This document shows positions 1 through 12,800 of a DNA stretch of 64,000 bases, one piece after another. The translations under genes and the position numbers were made by a program. Source of the DNA: Styela clava (taxonomy: Eukaryota); assembly GCF_964204865.1 (NCBI RefSeq), contig NC_135255.1, positions 15,066,001 through 15,130,000 on the forward strand. The letters run 5' to 3'. Each line of letters starts with the position of its first letter. Position 1 is the first letter of the stretch. The notes beneath the pieces were generated by a model. The model saw nothing but the letters and a program-made list of their open reading frames with translations, searched no databases and was not told the origin of the DNA.

Positions 1-74
1 TGCTTAGAATACCGATTCTTATCACAACAATAACCCCAAGAATTCCAACATGACTTTGAAAACATGTATCCTAC

Positions 75-2055
75 CTCCTCCAACAGCAAGTACGAGCTTT
101 GGTGAATCCACATGTTCAGGTTTAGTAAATTTTTGTACTGCTTCCAATGTTATAGAAATACACAGTGCGAGAAGAAATGTTGAGTTGATGAGAGCACCTA
201 AGATCTAATGAACATGAATTATATATTCTTAGAGTATGAAGTCAAAAATTACGAATTTTATTAATGGTGATATTCGAAACCAGAATTCACAACAGAAAAT
301 CAATAAGCATCGAGTTTGCTAAGCATCCTTGATTGACAATTAATTAGGTAAGGCATCACTGAAGTTTTTATTGTCAAAATTTGATTTTTTGTGGTTGAGA
401 GTCAAAATTGTTTCAATTTCTTTCATTTGCAATATCTGAAGTGCTATATATATATTTTTTTTATATTCAATCAATACTGTGACATGATTGCTTGAAAACA
501 TTTGAACCCCAAGGGTCAAAACAAAAGCCTCGATGACTTTCACCCATCTAGCAAACTGACCCCTATGCAGTGTTTATATACTAGTTAGTGTTGATGTTGT
601 TTTGTGAAAATAAATCTCTCTCATAATATATTACCTCAGAGTCAAAGTCAATTTTTAAACGGCCCAGAATTTAGAGTCCACAGCCTTAGTTGGAAAATCT
701 ATATTGACTGATCAAAATTGACCACAAAAATATGTAAACATCAATATGCAAACATAATAAATTAATCCATATCATGAAATTGATTTCTACTACAATTCTA
801 AATGAAATCACAAATATAAGCCACTGATAAACAAACGGAACCCAATTTCAAAATCAATAAAGCATTACATGCTTAATTTGTATGATAGCCTATACTATAA
901 AAACATTCATTACAATTAATTCAGATTTATTTGTAATGATAAATTGCAGAAATTAAATAGACAAGTCAAACATATACTACTGATATATGTGTTGTATACA
1001 GAATTGATGTTTTATAAAACCCCATTCTGTTATTCCCGATTCACAAACTCCATAAATTGTCAACATACCTCAAATCGAACCCAACCAAAAGTATTAAAAT
1101 ATGGCTCTTTAGAAGGCCATGGACGGAACGGATCTCTTGCAGTTCTTCGACTCATTCTTACAGCTACAAGAGCAACTATTAATGATAAAGCATCAGACAA
1201 CATATGAAAAGAGTCGGCAACCAGCGTCAAGCTGTTTGTAATATGACCTGGAATGAAAAATATAACAATTAGTCCACTATGGATTTCAGGTATACTTCAA
1301 AATCAGATAAAATCTCTATGCTAATAGGGTTAAAGGTCGTGTGATGATTTATTGTCAGAAAAAGAAGAAAATCTCTGATGCAGTGTTCAACATGGTGTAA
1401 GTAAGGAAATGAAGTTTTTAAGCTGAAATCAATTCCATTTTGGTCATATGTCATTCTTTCACTGTGATTTATTGTCAGAAAAAAATCTTTGACACAGTGT
1501 TTAAGATGGTGTGAGGAAATGTGGTTTTTTAAGCCGCGATCAATACCATTTTGGTCATATGTCATTCTTTTCTATTATACCAAAAACATTCAGAATAATT
1601 CAATACAAACTGAAATACAATTATGATGGGAAACCGGATATCTCGAAAAAAAAATAATTAGAACAGTGATATTCAAATCTAAAATAAATTGCAAAATAAA
1701 ATTTTAGGACAATATCTAATTGCATACAGATATAACTATTCTCGATTATTTTACCTATACTATTTTTGATTCCTTATGCTAGTCATTATCAGCCTCTAGC
1801 CACATTTAATTAAAATTCATTGAAAATCAATAAATCATACTCACCCACAATTAATTCAGTAAAAAAGTATCCTATAATAAGAATCAACATTGAAACAAGT
1901 CTGCCAGTTTTGGACTTTAATAATTTTTTGCACAATCCACCCCCTTCATCATAAGTTCTATATAAAACAGCATCTTCTCCACCACTGTCTTCGCCACTGT
2001 GTCCATCTACCATAAGTCGACGTTGTTGTTCTTGTTCTTTTCCATTTTGGGCCAT
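75..2055 (-). CDS. SLC30A1: Zinc transporter ZnT1-like (CDF/SLC30 family), first three coding exons; gene continues beyond window start
   Basis: Exons 2055-1845, 1247-1069 and 204-75 are joined by GT-AG introns and read MAQNG...FFTELIVG|HITNSLTLVADSFHMLSDALSLIVALVAVRMS...NTFGWVRFE|ILGALINSTFLLALCISITLEAVQKF. DSFHMLSD (TM2 HxxxD) and NTFGWVRxE are hallmarks of the SLC30A1/A10 clade. His rather than Asn at site A favours ZnT1 over ZnT10. Confidence 0.9.
1345..1571. repeat. ~115-120 bp direct duplication inside SLC30A1 intron 1
   Basis: TGATTTATTGTCAGAAAA...CCATTTTGGTCATATGTCATTCTTT occurs at ~1345-1460 and again at ~1465-1571. Confidence 0.85.
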
Positions 2056-2523
2056 ATCAACTTTCTTTTAATGATTTAACTTTCGTGCCAATGGTATAAT
2101 AGAGATAGAAGTTTGAAAAATAGACAAAATAGATATAAGTTTTAAGTACAATTCCAAATAGTCTTTTGGTCTCTATATTAATACAGTAATAGCTTTATGA
2201 TTGAAATAAATCAGTGAATAGTATTGCTGGATTACCAGAGCCAATGATGAAATATGGAGACACTGTTCTGCTGTTTACTGTTTAGCCGTTGCCTACAAGC
2301 AACTCACAGTATTCAGATATTCATAAATTGACATTGAAAAATCACTATAACTGTAAATTGGTTTGGGTCTAGCTGTCCAGCGAAGTAATCGTTGTGACTC
2401 CTTAAAATAACGCCAAACCAAAATGTGATGTTGGGCGAAATTACTGCGAAACTGATAGAATAGCGCCAAACAGAATTGTAATGTGAAATTTTTCTGTTTT
2501 TCAAGAAAGTCTTTTTGGTGAGG

Positions 2524-2748
2524 AGGATAGGATAGGATTTACATATTTATCCCGGGGGAGAGGAAAGCCGATAAGACGGCTTATCCATATGGCGAACCAC
2601 GGCCTCTCATCCGGTTACCATTCCAAGTCGGGTATGGGATTAGTTTTTTACTGTATTGTTTGTTTTTTTCGGAAGCATGGACTTGGTGGTGGAGGAAGCC
2701 GTAACCGACCAGCGGTTACGTGAACCACCCAACGACGGCGAGGAGTCA
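2524..2748 (-). mobile_element. tRNA-derived SINE, 5'-truncated copy with (ATCCT)n tail
   Basis: Reverse complement of the 10220-10533 element (GGAAGCATGGACTTGGTGGTGGAGGAAGCCGTAACCGACC...). The tail reads GGATAGGATAGGATTTACATATTTA on +. Confidence 0.75.
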
Positions 2749-3487
2749 AGGAGTCAGTCAGGAGTGATACCGGTATCTGGAAATTCATAACTCAGTAACT
2801 GTATCTCTCTGTCTCTAGTACCGGTAATGGTACAGCCATATCGGTATCTCTGATAGTTCAGACTAGGCTGTCATCTCTCTCAATAATCAGATAATAAAAT
2901 ACAGAAATATACCGGTACGGCTAACTTCACCGCAATCACCGGTACCGGTAGGTACCCTAGTAATACAGGTATATAATACGTCCATCCTGCTATCGCGCTG
3001 ACCCTACTGACAGATAGTTTATTTCGAAAACTTCATAATAACTGCCTTAAATACTCAAAATGATGGATTATTATTACAAGCCCTTGTCCAATTGCGTGGT
3101 ACCGGTATATATTTTTATACAGTATATATTTATCTAAACGTTTGCTGACGCACCGTCCTTCAATGACTGACGAAATTCGGTTAGTGATACAAGAAACCCT
3201 TGCGTTACAAGATACGATAGGTTAGAGCAAATATGTGAAAAAGGTTCTCCTTCGAAAAGAACGCAACACGACATAACGGAAAACGGCAAGTTCGAAAACA
3301 ATATTTGGAGTACGGAAATAATTACTATACATTTTCATTTTCGGTAAACAATTTGGAGAAAATCACTCAACTTGACTGTTCCTTTATCGGAACTATATCG
3401 TTATAATTGTACACAGCAAAATGTTGAGAGTCAATACAATAATGAAGCGCATATGCTTCGCTTTGAAGATGACGGCTTTGTTCCTCC

Positions 3488-4520
3488 CCCAAAGTTTAGG
3501 AACTGCGTTCTTCACGAAAGGTCACCATCAACACTTTATTTGATGCTCTCTTCGGATTACATAGTTCTATCTACACTACGCAAAAGAATCTTCAGTTCCG
3601 CCGTAATGCGGCACAGTACTCGACACCAGTTTGCACGGTACAGGTATTAGTTTTCAATTATTTATAGGCAAAATTGCAGAGATAGTGGTAGCAAACAATT
3701 CTAATATTTGCCAATCTTTCGCAATTCTTTTCAGGGACACTTACCGCCGCCATTAAAATAAATCCCGTGTTGCCTTGAAATATTTTTAAACTATGGCCTG
3801 GATGGAAAATTTAGAAATACTTTCAGGTGGCATTATATTTTAAAATCTAGAGTTATGAAATGAAATTCTCATATGCAATATAATACGAATAAAAATCAAA
3901 CGAATCGGAAATAGTTTGATAGCGACTGAAAAGAATAATGCTACGATTTCTGCATTTCCCGCGTCTAAGAAAAGGTTATCGATCGCTCGGAACAATACTT
4001 CATTATGGATCGAAATAATTTGTGGATTTAGTTTTGTTACTCACCCAAAGTTTAGATACCGGGTCTGCCCAAAAAGTCACCATGAACACTTTATTTGATG
4101 CTCTCTTCGAATTACATAATCCACTATACCAAAAGGGAATCTTCAGTGCCGCCGTAGTGCGACACGGTACTCGACACCAGCTTGCACGGTACAGGTATTA
4201 GTTTTCAATTATTTATAGGCAAAATTGCAGAGATGGTGGTAGCAAACAATTCTAATATTTGCCAATCTAGCGCAATTCTTCTCAGGGACACTTACCGCCG
4301 CCATTAAAATAAATCCCGTGTTGCCTACTTGCCTTAAAAGATTTTTAAACTATGGCTTGGTCGAAAACTTCGAAATATTATTATTAGTCGACGTTATGAA
4401 ATTCTTATATACAATATATTACAAATAAAAACCAACGAATCGGAAATAGTTGCACACCTACTGAAAAGAATAATGTGTTAGAAAGGTTGTCGTTCGCTCG
4501 GAACCCTACCTCACTATGAG
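3488..4520. repeat. Tandem duplication, ~555 bp unit, two copies
   Basis: CCCAAAGTTTAG at 3488 and 4044; GTCACCAT-AACACTTTATTTGATGCTCTCTTCG at 3521 and 4076. The copies stay collinear through CGAATCGGAAATAGTT...CTGAAAAGAATAATG...TCGCTCGGAA. Confidence 0.9.
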
Positions 4521-4818
4521 CCTGACTTAGCTCAGGTATTACAACAAACGTATTTTTCGATGTTAAATTGAAAGGATATCTCTATTCAACGTATTAAAAT
4601 CGGTCCACGGTTCACATATCGGGCTGTGCGACATGAACACGCTTTCCATCGCCCTCATGCAACTGCTGATTGGTTACGACATCTTAAACGAAGCCCGCGA
4701 TTCTGGAACGATATATAGTCGACTATTTCCTCGGACTGATAGCCATCGTTTGTTTGCTTCCTGTGAACATTAACAAAAAAGAACGCAAGACGGTGCTAGA
4801 CTTGGCAGTCTTCTAACA

Positions 4819-6177
4819 CAGCGTTTCCCAAACTGCATTCCGCGGAACACTAGTGTTCCACGAGCGTCTTCCGTTAAAAAGGAATCAAAATTACGACTAA
4901 AATGAATTTATTGATTCATATACACGTATACACAGCATTTAAAATAAGAAACAACAAAATAATATAATGAACGGAATATATATGTAAAATATTCAATCAT
5001 ATTTTAGTTCTGTTAGTTTTCGCGGCGTATTGGGCAACTCGCCACCCCGTTGGGAATCGTTGCACTACACCAAGGCTTCCCAACCCGCGGGCCGCATGCG
5101 GCCCGACCTATAAAGTTTGTAAGCAGACTTTTTATGTTTTTACTATTTTATATGTCAATATATAGGGTTAACTACGTTTCTGATTTTGGTATGATTATTC
5201 CTGTCATCTATCTACATTCAAATGCCGGTTCTTATTATTACGTATATATATATATATATGTGTCAAGTCTTGCATCCTGGTGGACATCGACGTCAGTTTT
5301 TTTTTTAATTCTCGCAGAACTTAGCGTTCTGTTCGACCTCGACGAACTCGAAAGATATTGTGCGATCATTGAGGACGAACGCTGAGCGCAATTAAAGGAA
5401 TAAATTTGGAGCCTAAATTTGCGAATTAATTTCATTCTGATTGTTTTCTTACGTGTCTGCTTTGATCGTCTTTATCGCCAGTGTAAAATAAAATGTCAAC
5501 AATATCTTTGGCACTGGTCCTGGGACTCGTTGTCCTTTTATGTTTGTATTTTTTATCAAATGTTTGGGTTAAATAGGATTTCGGAAATATCGTCACTGCG
5601 TATCCGTCAATAATTCTGATAAAATTGACTTAATGGCATTGCCGCATATGGGTCACGAATCAGTATATATAGGCTATTCGCCCAGAAAGCTTTGTAATGT
5701 TACTTCATTAATTATTTGTATTGGTGTTTCAAATTTTACGAAACGGCCCACTTAACCTTGATATTCCCGCAACAGTGGCGCACAATATGCTCATTTAAAC
5801 ATTGTCTTCGCCCCGTGTTACCAGGTATTAGAATTGTAAACTGCTATTCTAATATTCGAATAGTTTGCAAGCCTAACTCAGTAACCAAAAAACAGTAATT
5901 AAATTGATTGATTTGATGTTAATAAACTTGCCCTTTATTTATTATGTAAATTACCTACACCGAAATCAGGACTTAGCTGGTATTAATGTTTGGTACAAAC
6001 GTTTGCGGCCCGCAACGAATTTCGTCACTTAAAAGTGGCCCGCGAGATGAAAACGTTTGGGCAGGCCTGCACTACACCATTTTTCTTCATCAATTTTACC
6101 CTTTTAGTTTCTGGTGTTCCGCGAGGCAAGATAAAAATCGTAGGTGTTCTGTGACCAAGAAAGTTTGGGAAACGCTG
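4819..6177. mobile_element. Non-autonomous hAT (Charlie/Buster-like) element
   Basis: 16-bp TIRs CAGCGTTTCCCAAACT / AGTTTGGGAAACGCTG. Perfect 8-bp TSD TTCTAACA at 4811-4818 and 6178-6185. No transposase ORF. Confidence 0.9.
5071..6069. mobile_element. Second non-autonomous hAT element nested in the 4819-6177 element
   Basis: Ends CAAGGCTTCCCAACC / GTTTGGGCAGGCCTG with subterminal GCGGCCCG motifs. Perfect 8-bp TSD CACTACAC at 5063-5070 and 6070-6077. Confidence 0.88.
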
Positions 6178-6815
6178 TTCTAACATATCCAAAACAAAGC
6201 TATTGCCTGGCAAGCACCACTCCTATGGAACTCAATAATATAAATCAGTTTGCTGCAAAAATTGTATTGAAAAATATTCAAGAGAAAATCAATGATAGGA
6301 AGTAAATATGCTAGTCATGTTGAACTTGAATTAACATCATAAGCTTAGAAAACAAGACGGTCACTGGAAATACAATAAGGCAGTTAAGAATAAAAAATGT
6401 TCCACATATGATCAAATACACACAATCGTAGGATAGTCGTATGGGAAGTCAACCGACTTATAATTAATTAATAATAAGTGATATTGTGCATGCAGTGCAT
6501 ACGGATACCAGCACATCTCAAGTTGGGAGAGAGCCATTAACTCAAATTGAACTTGGCCATATTCAAGCATATCTTGTTTTTGGCACGTAGTATGGCATCA
6601 TATATTTGATACAGATGTATATTTCCAAAATTTGGGGTTTTAAGTAAGTTACTGATAACACAAAAATGCTTATTGACATGAAATGACTTTAAAGTTAACT
6701 CCCGACTCTCAAACAGTGAATAAATGCGGACACATTATACTGTCAAACATTTTCACACTAGACAGTTTCAAAATTTCAGTATTTGGCAGTTAATGGCAAA
6801 TTTTCTTATACATTA

Positions 6816-9800
6816 TTAATATCTTCTTGCAACTTGTGTTTCAAGTCGTTCCATTTGTGCTTGTAAATTCTTGAATCTTGTTTTGGTATCATTGAGATGA
6901 TCGCTTGATTGAACTGTTGATTGGAGTTCTACTAAAGCAACTGCGATTATGTCCAATGCGTTTGTAACAAATTTCCGCCTGAAAGGAAAATGAAGTTCAT
7001 TACCAAGAACAACATAAGTTCGAATACAGCTTAATAACGATATGAAAAAACAAATTTTCAATTCATCTCAGAAAAGATGAAATACGATATCATATGGTAG
7101 ACAACAGCCTCTCATAAAGCAGGTAATGAAAAAGGGTTATGTGAAGCAAATCTATCTACGGGAAGAATCACATTATTTATCAGACCACGTTCCCCAATTT
7201 TAAAAAAATGTCCAGTTGGGTATGGAAGTACTTAATCAGTCAGTAGATTCTTATGAATGTAATGGCAAAGCAGGAGCAGTAAATAACCTATGGGTACGTG
7301 AACCACCCTGCTGCAGTAGTCAAGGAGCATGGTGGATATGCGAAAAACAAATTAATTCGTATACTCCTGGAAAAGTCTTATTTCAACTTATCAACTGTGA
7401 GTCACCTTTGTGGAGCAGGAACATACTGTGATGGGTTCTCAGCAAATGCAGCAAGAATTCTTCGAATTACTCGCAGAATGTGATAAGGTCTTCCTGAGTC
7501 ACTCCAATAAGGAAGCTTAAAATAAATGATGTATGTTAACAATATAAAAGATAGCTTAATATAATTTTCAACAGCAAGCACAGTAACCATGACAACAAAA
7601 AGACTTTCTCCATGTTGATGATATTCTTCAGCAAAAATATAAAATAGTTTGTTATTTTGGAGGAGGTTATATATATGTCATCAGCACTTTCAAATGAGTT
7701 AATTTCCTAGTATGGTAAGGCATAGCCCACTCAATTCCTTAAAATTTGGGTTAGTGGATGACTAATGCCCTACCTAAACAGGCCACTAGGAGTAGATACG
7801 GGATATTATTGTGAATTTTTTTTCCGGTTTTCTTCATGTCAAAACAACTCCACCACCTACCTTTTGTCTGTGCACTGATTGATATAATTCCAATAAATGT
7901 GTGATTTCCACACCGGCATCAAGTAAAGAAGTGAAAACCCATCCTTCCGGCCAATCATTTTGACATGAAACTTTCTCGAGATAGTTTACCAGAAATTCTA
8001 AGAAGAATCATTATATTATTATTTCAAGATATCATTATAATCAAGTAAACGCAGTGAATTTATCAACTGGGTCTAAGAAAGCATGATGGAATGAAAAATG
8101 GATGGCTAACTAAGACATATCTTAGATAACACAGATGTATGGCCTTTCGTTGTATAACTCGCCTTTCATAGAGGTATTTCATTAAGAATTGTTAATATAT
8201 TTGGTCGATATTAACATCATGAACAAAACTTAACACAAACATTGTGAACAAAACTCCATTGATTCCTAGCCTCTGATCTAAAACTTGAAACATGAAGGAC
8301 TAAGATTTTATTAGTGTTATCCACGGTGCACTTACCGACTGGAAAATATCTCATAGCACTGTTGTATTTTCTTCCAAGCTGCGAAAGCTTCATTGACAAA
8401 GCTGTGACTATGTTTTCATTGATTTGATCTTGAACTTTTGCAATTTCTAGAAATTTTTTTCATATGTTTGTTCTTATACTGATTATGGCAAATATAATAT
8501 TTAAGAGTGAAATTGTCATTATTAGAATATTAATATGAGTTATGAACCATGGATAACTTGTATTATCATTAAAAACGAAATTTAAAACTAAATATTTTTA
8601 TTTTGAAAATAATCTGAGAAATAATTTCCATGCATATATTGTGAATTGGCCAATTTCTTAAGATGAGAAATCCCTTAAAAAGGCCATTAATTTTTCCAAT
8701 TTCGAATGTCACCAACCGAAGAAAATCCGCACTTTGATATGAGAGTTCAAATTCGAAATAAAAAAAAAGGATCTATAACTACCCTTAAAATCAGGTAGCT
8801 ATCATACCAAACTCAGTAATGATTTGAAAATCCAATTTGTTACGGAAATCCTTCGTTTTAAACATACTCCCCCACCCATGTAATAATGACAAAAGGAAAA
8901 TTGTACAGAATGTAACTAATAAATAAAAACACTAACCTTGGTCAAGTATATTCTGCCACAGAGCATCTATCAAAGATGGATCGTAATGTCCAGCACAATG
9001 TACTATGGCAAGTTTACACTCGGCAAGCTGGAAGGGTTCTGCATAATCACTGTAGAGCTGAAAAAAAAGAAGAGTGATTAAAGTTAGAAATATTCTGAAT
9101 TTTTTCATTCAAGACTGGTAAAATTCACTCATGGTTAAAGGAAGCCTCTGAAAATGATTTGAGGAGTTAAATTAATTGTAATTAAGTGGCATATGCAAAA
9201 AGCCATTTTAATTTATATTGAGAACACTTAATTAACTTACATATTTGTTTTAATATCACCATTAGAAATATATGAAATTTAGACCAAAGACTTCAGATAA
9301 TTCAAAATTTCGACTCCAGAAAGTGTGAAAATACAACTCCGATTCCAATATGGATAAAAACGTGTAATGAAGTGGAAATAATTCCAGAAGTCAAATTTCA
9401 AACCAAACTTTATGAAGAAATGTAATTGAGTTGAACTTTACCCTTGTAATGTCCATTAACTGTGAATTCAAAGCGGCCACTGCTTCGGTTTGTCCAAGTT
9501 CTTCCAAAGTTTGCAATATTTGCATTTGTAGTTGAGCGACCTAGATAAAAATATTATTTCCTCATGTGGAATTCATGTTTTCAATATAGACCGGATTTGG
9601 CCTGTGGCCGTAGTCTGCCATGTCAGAGCTAACGGTTGCAATTTTAATTGTCCCTCGTAAAAATTTGAAATAAAGGTTTTTAGAATTTGAATTTTAAGTT
9701 TATTTTTCATATTAATTTTCTTTTTAAAATATATACACAACTTGCACTTCAGTTTTACCCAGTCATGGAATTCAGGGGGTTCTAAAAAGATGCTGCAAAC

Positions 9801-12800
9801 CCAGTCGTGTTTTTTTGTTTTCAGACATTAGAAAGCTGCAGTAATCGCAACCTGTTGTGATTTCGAAACAAAAAAGAAATGTTTTTATAATTTAGAATTT
9901 AATCACTGGATATACCATCACACAATACTGTGTTCTAACGGTGGGTGAAGACTGTTAGTCTATAAAAAGTGCTACCACTAGCACTTGAAGTCATGCTACG
10001 AATAACCTATTTTCACCTCTAATTTTTCTTCAAGGTCATGTAATAATTGTCCTCCTTCACTTGCTGTTGTGATAGTGGTTGCACTCTTCCCATTCATTTT
10101 GGCGCGAGATAAATATTCAACTCTTCTGGTCAAATCGTGACTGTTACTGAAATTAAAAAAGTAACAACCAAAATTAGCGATTATGGACTCATCCTAAATA
10201 CGGGGGAACAGGTGCTCGGCGGTGTGGTGCATTGTGCCAAGCGTTAGGAATATGCTTCCCCCTCTAATTACCCTGTGTGGGTTCGCCGGTTCATATCCAA
10301 TGCGGGGATAGTAATGTGCGAGAGGATTGCTGGACTCCTTGCCGTCGTAACATGGTTCAGGTAACCGCAGGTTGGTTGTGGCTTCTTCCACCATCAAGTC
10401 CATGCTTCCGTAAACAAATAACTGGCTAACTAACCCCTTACCCGACATAAACTGGTAACTGCACGAGAGGCCATGGTTCGCCATATGATTAAGCAATCTT
10501 CCCTTTTCTGGGTAAATATGTAAATCCTATCCTAATATTGAAACAGTATATCATCACACACTAATACATTCAAATACTCAGCCATTCAATCACATAACCT
10601 GCATATCAGGATTAGCTTAACATACCCAGATTTATCTGCAAGTTTCATCAAAATTTTTGCTGCTGCAGCATGATCACCAGATCTTTCATAATATTTCCAC
10701 AAGATGTCACAATAGAAAGGATCATCTGGGTGATTTGATGTTACTCTCTTCAAATATTGTTCAAGGTAGGGAGATGATATCTGAGTAAAAAATAGATTAC
10801 TTCAGTCTCTTTCCATGCGATTTCAATTTGCTGGATTGTGTCAGTATGTTTATATTCCCATATTTTTTTTAGTCTATCGGGCTATTTCAGATTCTAGTAC
10901 TAGCCTAGCAAAGTGGCCGCTTTGGGACTGATAAAATCAATTCCGAAACTTGTCTTTATTGGTGACAACAAATTTTATTCCCCTCTGAACAGTGTTTATC
11001 ATAGCATTTGAAAACTCTGCTTTCATTGTTTGCATTGTCATTTACATTTTTGAGTCCATCCTACGTCATACAGGTTTGATTGTTTTCTACAGCCTTTCAC
11101 ATTTCTTATCTGTATAGTACAGCTTGTAGCATCAAGATCAAGCATTTTCCCAAAAGTAAAGTTTCATAAAATACAAGTCATTTGAAATCAAAGTCTGACA
11201 AAACTCAAAATTTTGAATCTCTAGGATGAGTATATTTTGATCAAAAAAACTTTAAAATTCACTTTTATTAGAAAAAACAACAAACTCCAACTAAATTCCA
11301 ACTTAAAAAAAAACTCACTCTTAGTAGCCTATCGGCGAGGCTTTTTCTCAACATCCAATCATATATTGTTACATGAAGCAATTCATCTTCCGATCTCATA
11401 ATGAGATGCATACAACTCTCAGCCTATAAAAGATAAGCTGTTGTAATTCAGGTAAACAAGTAGGCACTCATACCAGCCAGCTTTTGCAAATAATATTTGG
11501 AATGGAAAATCATGTGACATATACAAGAAATGGCCCAAACTGAATAATGTACTATGGATTACTCGATATATTCAAAATTGGGTCATGTTCAATAAAGGGT
11601 ACTCCCGAAGTATGCGAACCAAGATGGCAGACACTGGAACGTAGTATTGTACAAGGTTAGGGTTAGGCCATAATTTTACTCCAATTTTCTTTATTTTAGT
11701 TCTATTACGAGTTCGGGGACTAGCCAAGTGACTCCCGTAGTATTTGTACCTGAAATTATGGCCTAACCCTAACCTGGTACACATACTATGTTCCGGTGCA
11801 CGCCATTTTGGTTTCACATACTAGTACCCAATAAAGAACACATAGTCAATGTGTATTTATTGGAATTGTTTAAGATTTGTTATCAGCACGACATACATAT
11901 CGTTGTGCTTCCTCTGCTTGCAAATTCTGAGTGCTTTTTGTAACTCCTTGCTTGTTGGGGGCTGGAGGGCCTAGTTGTACAGGAACACTTGGTGCCTGTG
12001 GTTGACTCTCACTCGCCAACATTAAATCATCCATCATGTCTGTGATAACTTTGTAGCATTCAGCTCTGAAACAAATAAGATGCAATAAATTATAAACACG
12101 GTCAAAAAAATTGACCCGAGAAACCATTTAAAAAATGACTCCAGTTGACAAAATTGTGATTCAAACTTCAGCTTCTAGCTCTGCGAAAACGACAATTCAA
12201 TACCAAAAAATTTGGTGTATGCAGTTAATTGTCTGTTGAAAATTCTTAGTCAACTTATACTTTCAAGTTTATGCCTAAAATATTGACTTTCGTTCCATCA
12301 ACATCAAAATGAAATTCAGGCTTCATAGAATTAAATTTTTTGACAGCATGAGTTGTGGAATACGACTCACACTTCAAATCCAATAAAAACAATGACCACA
12401 TTCTCCATAGCCCTGCTTACAAACATTAGTTTAATAAACAGGTCCGGCCTGCAGATGCCATCCAACTACAAATGTTAGAATTCGCAGATCTCAATGATAT
12501 TTATAGTTTTATTTTGATTGGCAGATTCAAATCCAATTCTGATGAAACAATTCATTAGGTGAAATGGTATTGTGCCCCCCTCCAACTGCTCTGTGTCCCC
12601 CGGTTGGGAACCTTTGCTATATAAAATTAAAGATCCTTTCTATTTCCTACCTTGCCTCATAAGCAATTCTTCCTTCTACATTTTCCTCAGGTTCGGCACA
12701 AGATTTATAGAAATGGAGAGCAAGGTTTCTTTCGTCTCTTTTCATAGCAGCAGTTGCACATAATTCAACAACACCAGTGTAAAAACCAACTAAACGATAA

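Noticed and set aside
2056-4500. MTF-1 metal-response elements upstream of the zinc exporter
   Set aside because: Only one TGCRCNC (TGCACAC at 4451) was found, far from the gene; no cluster.
10194-10496. 100-aa ORF, with a similar ORF at 26019-26267
   Set aside because: Both are chance translations of the SINE; their similarity reflects the repeat, not a protein family.
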